A stretch of DNA of 64,000 nucleotides from the human T2T-CHM13v2.0 reference genome, Homo sapiens. Shown piece by piece: positions 56,357 to 64,000 of this stretch; position 1 is the first letter of the stretch; each line of letters begins with the position of its first letter. The stretch lies in the NCBI RefSeq assembly GCF_009914755.1, contig NC_060926.1, one strand, 5' to 3'. The notes beneath the pieces were generated by a model. That model searched no databases, was not told the origin of the DNA, and worked only from the letters and a program-made list of their open reading frames with translations. The position numbers and the translations under genes are program-made.

Positions 56357-56651
56357 CTAGCATTTACTGAGCACCTACTAAGTGCCGGATTCTAAGAGTA
56401 TTTAATCTTCATAGTTCTATTAACTAGGTATTCATATTATTTTAGTATTTAACAGTATTTTTAGACGAAAAAAATTCTATGAGACATTGAGTAATTTGCT
56501 GGAGTCCAAACAGTTAAAATGTGGAGGAGCCAGGATTTAAACTTAGATCTGACTCCCAAGACTGTGTTATTTCTACCACACCCGACTGCTTCTCCAAACC
56601 CCTACCCTATACCCCAAAGGCCCCAGCCCCTGATTGTCCCTCTGCCGGCAG

Positions 56652-57064
56652 GGTATGACTTTGCAGCTGTCCTTGAGTGGTTTGCCGAGCGGGTTGACCG
56701 CATCATTCTGCTCTTCGATGCCCACAAACTGGACATCTCTGATGAGTTCTCAGAAGTCATCAAAGCCCTCAAGAACCACGAGGACAAGATGCGAGTGGTG
56801 CTGAACAAAGCTGACCAGATCGAGACGCAGCAGCTGATGCGGGTGTACGGGGCCCTCATGTGGTCCTTGGGGAAGATCGTGAACACCCCAGAGGTGATCC
56901 GGGTCTACATCGGCTCCTTCTGGTCCCACCCCCTCCTCATCCCTGACAACCGGAAGCTCTTTGAGGCTGAGGAACAGGACCTATTCAGGGACATCCAGAG
57001 TCTGCCCCGAAATGCTGCCCTGCGCAAGCTCAACGACCTCATCAAAAGGGCCAGGCTGGCCAAG
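56652..57064 (+). CDS. EHD3: EHD3 exon 4 ([15 protein letters not shown]...NKAD...LIKRARLAK)
   Basis: Acceptor ccggcag|GG, donor AAG|GTGAGG; 413 nt; G4 motif NKAD. Confidence 0.97.
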
Positions 57065-57690
57065 GTGAGGCAGCCCCCTGGGAGGTGGGCAGCTTGGGCA
57101 GGGGCCCAGAGTTTGGGGTCAGCTGCACGAGCTGAGGGTTGCTGCCTCCAACAGCCAGTGCATCATGTGTGTGACACCAAGGGGCAGGACAGTGCGGGAG
57201 CCATGGTTACAAGCTCTCAGGTCAGATGGCCAGATTGGAACTGACTCCATTGTTTACTGTCTGTGGGATTCCCAGCCTTGGCAAGGCCTTTAGTCTCTCT
57301 GTGCCTCTGTTTGCATCTGTAAAATGAAGGGGTTGTTGGAGGATAAAGTGAAATAAAGAGTCTCAAAGCCCTCATCACAGTGTCTGGCACCTTCAGAGAT
57401 GCTCAGCAACTGTCAGCTGCTGGTATTGCCTTCAGCAGCAGCAACATGACCACCTCACCCTGCCTTGACCATAGCTCCCCACAACCTCACCTTGCCCACA
57501 TAACATAGAAAAACAGCCCAGCCCTGCAAGCAACATGGAGCCATGAGGGTAGAGGTAGAAATTATTTCAAAAGTAGGAGCAGGAGGAGGCGGGAGGGATG
57601 TAGGGGAAGGAATGATGCAAGAGCCATCCTAGAAGGAAGGGACCGTCCAGGGTCTTGATGTGAAGGCTTCTCTCTGGCCCTGTTTGTCAG

Positions 57691-57855
57691 GTCCACGCCT
57701 ACATCATCAGCTCTCTGAAGAAGGAGATGCCCTCGGTGTTCGGGAAGGACAACAAGAAGAAGGAGCTGGTCAACAACCTGGCCGAGATCTATGGCCGGAT
57801 CGAGCGGGAGCACCAGATCTCACCTGGGGACTTCCCCAATCTGAAGAGGATGCAG
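57691..57855 (+). CDS. EHD3: EHD3 exon 5 (VHAYIISSLKKEMPSVFGKD...DFPNLKRMQ)
   Basis: Acceptor tgtttgtcag|, donor CAG|GTAGCG; 165 nt, phase 0-0; helical domain. Confidence 0.96.
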
Positions 57856-58777
57856 GTAGCGAGGGCTGGGGTCTCTAAGACAAGGGACAGTGTCCCGAGA
57901 GCTGGCTGAGCAGCCTGAGTATGGAGGAGGCCACTCTTGGAGCCCCCCAGGGAGAACCCCGCCCAGAATCTGCAGGCAAGGAGGTGGCCCTGGATCTACA
58001 CTCCTAGCTGGGCCATCACTGGCCCAACAGGGGCCATGTCTGGGCCTGGGGAGAAACACGGAGCCCACCGCCCCAGTGGTGCAGGTGTGTTAGATGATGC
58101 TGGGGGGCTGACACCTCCAGTTAATGACCTTCTCTAGTCACAGCCACCACAGGCTTGACGTCCCCACCATCTCTGGTGCAGTGGGATGGGTCACCTGACC
58201 AAGGTTCTCCAGGCTCTTAAAGTGCTCGAGTTTACATCTGAGGTCCCCCTTGTGAGCAATCTGGGACACGAGCTTCGGGGAGGCAGAAGTGCACACGGGA
58301 ACTCGTCATCTTTGGGTCCTATTGCAGGTGCCTATCTTGGGCCAGTGGCCATCACACATGGTTTCTTACGGTTTTCCCCAAAGCACTCATCAGAGGGAGG
58401 CATTTTTCATCTGCCTTTTTACAGAAGAAACAGAGGTCTCAGCATTTTCTGAGTGTAGCATTCACATAGGCCACAAGAAGAAGAGCCAGGAGCTGGGCCC
58501 AAAGGTCCAAGCAGGAAACCACAACATTGACTGGATCCTCTGAGCCTCCATTTCCTCATCTGTAAACTGAAGCTACAAAATCACGCCTTATACAGGTGTT
58601 GTGAGCATCAGTGAGATAATCTTTGCAAAGCCCTTAGCACAAAGCCAGACAGACTATGCCCTTAGTACACAGTAGCAAATCATTAGGTGGGCAGAGGGAG
58701 GTGGGTGCTGAGCACAAAGCACCCACCCACTGTACAATGTTTGCAACTTCTTATGATTCTAGAATTAGGAAATTAGA

Positions 58778-59070
58778 GGCCAGGCACAGTGGCTCACGCC
58801 TGTAATCCCAGCAGTTTGGGAAGCCGAGGCGGGCAGATCACCTGAGGCCAGGAGTTCGAGACCAGCCTGGCCAACATGGCAAAACTTGTAATAAAACTAC
58901 AAAAAAATTAACTGGGCATGGTGGCAAGCACCTGTAATCCCAGCTACTCGGGAGGCTGAGGCATGAGAATCACTTGAACCCAGGAGTCAGAGGTTGCAGT
59001 GAGCCAAGATTGTGCCACTGCACTTTAGCCTGGGCAACAGAGAAAGACTCCATCTCAAAAAATAAAAAAA
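58778..59070 (+). mobile_element. Alu (S-type) with TSD
   Basis: Flanks AATTAGGAAATTAGA / AATTAGGGAATTAGA. Confidence 0.88.
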
Positions 59071-60180
59071 TTAGGGAATTAGAAAAATCAAAAAATAGCA
59101 GCCACAGAAGCACTTAATAGATGCTGTTGCTCTTGTTTTGATCTTTAGCTTGGGAATCAGTTTCTCAGTTTAAATCTAGGTTTTTCATAACATCACTATA
59201 GTCCTCAATAGGCATTTTTAGTTTCCTATCCGGCAGAAGAAAAAGAAAAAAATATACATTCCAAGTATTTGGAATTTGTTCATGTGTCCATTCACTCATA
59301 TAACCACCTACCACGAGCCATTCACTAACCAGCATTGCTTTTGTTTTGCGGGTTTCCCGGTCCTTGACTTGGAGCACTTCAGCTCTTCGCTTCTGCTTTT
59401 GTTAAGAATTTAATGATTTGTAAGCAAACATTTGGGAAGATAACATTTGAAAGGGACCCTAAGACCCCAGTTTTAATGTGAGGAATTCTTTCAAAACAAA
59501 GATTCTCACCTCATTTGTTTGCCAGTTCAATATTCTGTTCTGCAGTTCAATATGCTGAATCCACAATGTAAACAGCTGTCCTGTGTGGGTGTCCATCGTA
59601 GGGTAATGGGAGCACCCACCATGCCCCCTAGTTGATACTGGGACCCCTGCATGGGAGCCCACCAAACATACCTAGATGTGAGCAGGCTGGGAGGGACAGG
59701 AGGAATGAGAGGTGGGAGGACCTTGGGACGTGATGCTCTGAGGGGTGGGAGATAGGGCCCTGTCTGCTCCTCCTCCAGGAGTCCTTCAGCCCTAAGGCCT
59801 TCCTGGCTCAGCCTCACCCTAGGAAGGAGGTGAGAAGTACCCAGGCTAACACTTGCCCTAGAAAGCTGTGGGTGTTTTTTGCATTTTTCTGCAGCAGACT
59901 AGCTGTGCTTCACCCTGTGTACTGGCCTCTTCCCAGCTTCTGGAGAGTTAGGTGGCCAGAGCCAGGGTAGGAGCAGAAAGCTGTCACCCTATCACCCTCT
60001 ACAGGCCATGGAGAAGTTGGTGTTCTAGACTCGAAAACTTTCAAAATTGCAGAGACCTGCAAAGTGGAAGATATTTCTTTTATGGTGTGGTGTGGGTTGT
60101 CATGTGAAGGCAAGAGGAGCTCTTTCAAAATCGGCATGCCCACCTGCCTGCCTGTGCCTGCTGTGTCAAACCCTCGGGGA

Positions 60181-61655
60181 CAGTCATGCCTTGCTAATGA
60201 CAGGGACACATCCTCAGTAATGCATTGTTAGGTGATTTTGTCATTGTGTGTGAACACCATAGAATGTATATACACAAACCTGCATGGTAGGGCCTACCAC
60301 ACACCTGGACTATATGGTATGATGACCTATTGCTTCTAGGCCACAGACCTAGCATGTGACTGTACTGAAGGCTGTAGGCAATTGTAACACCATGTATTTG
60401 TGTATCTAAACATAGAAATGGTACAGTAAAAATACAGTATGAAAGATAAACAGTGGTATACTTGTACAGGGCACTTACCATGAATGGAGCTTGCAGAACT
60501 GGAAGTTGCTTTGGGTGGGCCAGTGAGTGAGTGGTGAGTGAGTGTGAAGGCCTAGGACATCACTGTACACTGCTGTAGACTTCTTTAGAAACACTGTACA
60601 CTTAGGCTACACTATATTTATTTTTAGAAACATTTTCTTTCTTCAATAATAAATTAACATTTCTACTTTACAGACTTTTTTTTTTTTTTTTTTTTGATAC
60701 AGAGTCTCACTCTGTTGCTAGGCTAGAGTGCAGTGGCGCGATCTCGGCTCACTGCAACCTCCAACTCTGGGTTCAAGCGATTCTCCTCAGCCTCCCGAGT
60801 AGCTGGGACCACAGGCATGTGCCACCATGCCCAGCTAAATTTTTTTTGTAATTTTAGTAGAGACGGGGTTTTCACCATGTTGGCCAGGATGGTCTCGATC
60901 TCTTGACCTCGTGATCCGCCTGCCTCAGCCTCCCAAAGTGCTGGGATTACAGGCATGAGCCACCGCGCCTAGCCTACAAAGTTTTTGACTCTTGTTGTAA
61001 CAATTAGCTTAAAATGTACATTGTATATCTATACACAAATATTTTCTTTATATCCTTATTCTATAAGTTTTTTCTATTTAAAAAAATTTATTTTTTACTT
61101 TTTTATTTTTGTGTGTGCTAAAAACTAAGATGCAAACACCCATGCTAGTCTAGGCCTACACAGGGTCAGCATCATCAGTTTCGCTGTCTTCACCTCCACA
61201 TCTTGTCCCACTGGAAGGTCTTGAGAGATAGTAATACACATGGAGGTGTCATCTCCTGTAATAACAATGCCTTCTTCTGGAATTCCTCCTGAAGGGCCTG
61301 CCTGAGGTTGTTTTACTGTTAACATTTTTTTTAAATAAGTAGAAAGAATACACCCTAAAATAACAATAAAAAGTACAGTATAGTAAATATTTACATAAAC
61401 CAGTAACATAGCCGTTATCATTATCCGGTATTATGTACTCTATGGAAATGTGTGTGCTAGATTTTTATACCACTGGCAGCACAGTAGGTTTGTTTACACC
61501 AGCATCACCACAAACACATAATGCGTTGTGTTGTGTACAGTAGCTACAATGTCACCAGGCAACAGGAATTTCCCAGCTCCCTTATTGTCTTCTGGGACCC
61601 TCGTCATACGTGTGGTCCCTCATTGACTGAAACATTGTAATGCAGCACATGACTG
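60181..61655 (-). mobile_element. Tigger3-type (TcMar) non-autonomous DNA transposon, interrupted by an Alu
   Basis: TIRs CAGTCATG... / ...CATGACTG followed by TA; internal GTAGGTTTGTTTACACCAGCATCACCACAAACAC; ~1.18 kb without the Alu. Confidence 0.82.
60676..60974 (-). mobile_element. Alu (S-type) nested in Tigger3
   Basis: Antisense Alu with poly-T. Confidence 0.9.
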
Positions 61656-62318
61656 TATTTTGAAAACTCTCCTCAGGTGACTCCGATGAGCATCCTGATT
61701 AAGAACCATAATTTGGGGATGACCTTTGGCTTCTGTTATGATTTGGTTTTAGTACCCTGTGCCCTGTTTGGTTTTTGTTTTTGTTTTCACTAAGTGGGGA
61801 TAGAATGTGATTTTCCTACCTCAGAAGGGCGCTGGGGGAGTGAACGAGGTAATGTAGTGAAGGCACTTGCGGTGATTTTCAAGTACAGTATAACCCTTAT
61901 TAAAGTAGAGGCCCACATGACCCAGTCTCAGAGGTACAGCATTCAAGAGACATGATTCAATAGCCAAAACTGACTTAAAGAGAAATGTAATGATTTCCTC
62001 TCTGGAATGACATTGAAGGGGATTGAAATAAATAGATCATGCCAATACTTGTTAAATTTCCCTTTCTTCCCCAGCCCCTACAACCCTTCTACCCCCTACT
62101 GAAAAATCCCATCATCAGCCCAGTGGGCCTTTATTCCCCTCCTCTCTCATACCTTCGATTACCACGTGATGTCCATCAGCTGAGCCTCTAGGTCACAGGT
62201 CTTTCATTGTAGAAAGGGATCAGCTGTGAACATTCTGGTGCTCATAGGAGGCACGTGATAAATGGAGGGCTCTCCTTTCATCGTATCCTATCTTCATCCT
62301 CTCTCCTCCTCTTCCCAG

Positions 62319-62846
62319 GACCAGCTGCAGGCCCAGGACTTTAGCAAGTTCCAGCCGCTGAAGAGCAAGCTGCTGGAGGTAGTGGACGACATGCTGGCCC
62401 ATGACATTGCCCAGCTCATGGTGCTAGTGCGCCAGGAGGAGTCACAGCGGCCCATCCAGATGGTGAAGGGCGGAGCGTTCGAGGGCACCCTGCACGGCCC
62501 CTTTGGGCATGGCTATGGGGAGGGGGCTGGAGAAGGTATCGATGATGCTGAGTGGGTGGTGGCCAGGGACAAGCCCATGTACGACGAGATCTTCTACACC
62601 CTGTCACCGGTGGATGGCAAGATCACAGGCGCTAATGCCAAGAAGGAGATGGTGCGCTCCAAGCTGCCCAACAGTGTGCTGGGCAAGATCTGGAAGCTGG
62701 CCGACATTGACAAGGATGGCATGCTGGACGACGACGAGTTTGCACTGGCCAACCACCTCATCAAAGTCAAGCTGGAGGGGCACGAGCTGCCCAACGAGCT
62801 GCCTGCCCACCTCCTGCCCCCGTCCAAGAGGAAAGTTGCCGAGTGA
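62319..62846 (+). CDS. EHD3: EHD3 exon 6, coding part (linker, EH domain with EF-hand DIDKDGMLDDDE, stop TGA)
   Basis: Long polypyrimidine acceptor ..cttcccag|GAC; 528 nt; total CDS 1608 nt = 535 aa. Confidence 0.97.
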   Translation, partial: DQLQAQDFSKFQPLKSKLLEVVDDMLAHDIAQLMVLVRQEESQRPIQMVKGGAFEGTLHGPFGHGYGEGAGEGIDDAEWVVARDKPMYDEIFYTLSPVDGKITGANAKKEMVRSKLPNSVLGKIWKLADIDKDGMLDDDEFALANHLIKVKLEGHELPNELPAHLLPPSKRKVAE

Positions 62847-62901
62847 TGGGGTGGGGGGACATTCAGACGGGCAGTGTTAGAGGAGGAGATGGGAGCGGTG
62901 A

Positions 62902-62940
<39 letters not shown>

Positions 62941-64000
62941 TGCACACACACATATGCATATCTTGACATTGCTCTGTAGGTGAGAGAGGACCATGACGCC
63001 CATGTTTGCAGCTGATACTTGTTTGGGCACACCTCCAAGTTCTCGGGATTAGAAGGACAAGAGCACTCCCAGGCCCCAGAGTCTAAGCCTAAGTCTCTAT
63101 CGCTCTTCCCCTCTCCTCGGCCACTCCCCAGATACCAGACCTGAGGCAATTCACTTGCCAGCACAGATGGCCAACCCACCTCCAGATTCCCCAGTGCTTC
63201 CACACCCGGGCTCTGAGCAAATGGAAAAGACTTTTCATTTAGTAGACAATTCACTTCTTTTTCTGTGCTTCCCCTATCTGCTTTGGCTTCCTAATAAGAA
63301 ATCCATTCAAGAGCTAGGAGATCTGAGGGCAGGCGGGCAGCTGCAGGGAGGAGAGGTGAGAAAGGAAGCGTCTTCTAGAGACATTGGCCCAGGAGCTCTG
63401 TTCTTTCCTAATCTAAGCCTCTGTCTTCTTCGGCAAACCTTGCTTTGAACTCTGCCAGTATTTCATTTTAAAGAATCCCAGAGCGGGAGAGAGAAGAGAA
63501 AAAAATTGATAAGAGTGAGGAAATTGTCCTGTAGTCTATTGAAAACCAGTCAAGGTGGTTTTAGTTCATAGATTTTGTTAGATGTTCTTTCCACCTGGCC
63601 TATGATGTTTAGATGTTCATACTTGACTCACATTTACCCAGCCCCTCCTGCGTACCAGGAGCTGTGTTAGGCACTTTATATACATTATTCTATGTGGCCC
63701 TCACTGATGCCCCAGGGAAGTATGCATTAGCCTTCCCATTTTGCAGTTGAGGAGGCTGAGTAGCCTCAAAAGGGTTTAGGCGACCTTCTGAAACTCACAG
63801 AAGTCACGTGATGGAGAGAGGATTCAAAGCCAGGGCCTCAGACCCTCACACACTTGTCTGTGCTATGATGTATGCAGGATCCCAGCATTGATACCCAATG
63901 ACAAACTATGGAGAACAAGCAAAGTATGCAGGCCCCCTGCAGCCTCCCAGGACAGGCTGGCAAGGGAGGAGGGCCGGCCAGCATTTGGTGGCCCATCAGT
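62847..64000 (+). other. EHD3: EHD3 3' UTR (probably continues beyond the window), with (CA)n at 62904-62936 and an antisense MIR at ~63640-63840
   Basis: Follows the stop codon; I saw no AATAAA/ATTAAA here; repeats directly visible. Confidence 0.75.

Overview
Human-type (primate, Alu-rich) genomic DNA that I recognise as the CAPN14-EHD3 locus (2p23.1). On the minus strand is the 5' end of calpain-14: a TATA promoter with STAT6-type elements at ~13.7-13.9 kb, a short non-coding exon 1, and the first coding exon at 1386-1662; the rest of the gene lies left of the window. On the plus strand, from a CpG-island promoter at ~30.3 kb, is the complete six-exon CDS of EHD3 (227+177+98+413+165+528 = 1608 nt, 535 aa + stop, all GT-AG junctions in phase), with the 3' UTR running off the right end. 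Between the genes is a 3'-truncated 5S rRNA pseudogene. The rest is Alu, L1, MIR, LTR (MER21, MLT1A, THE1/MST) and DNA-transposon (MER63, MER58, MER5A, Tigger3) debris. I found no convincing new gene or multi-gene system. The best leads are: (1) a strong-Kozak uORF in the EHD3 5' UTR whose stop codon overlaps an in-phase splice donor, predicting an EHD3 isoform without its P-loop; (2) a 218-bp GC/CpG-rich foreign segment splitting an Alu; (3) competing CAPN14 exon-1 donors, one creating an overlapping out-of-frame uORF; (4) two tailless retroposons (5S and Alu). Repeat subfamily names are from memory of consensus sequences and repeat boundaries are approximate.
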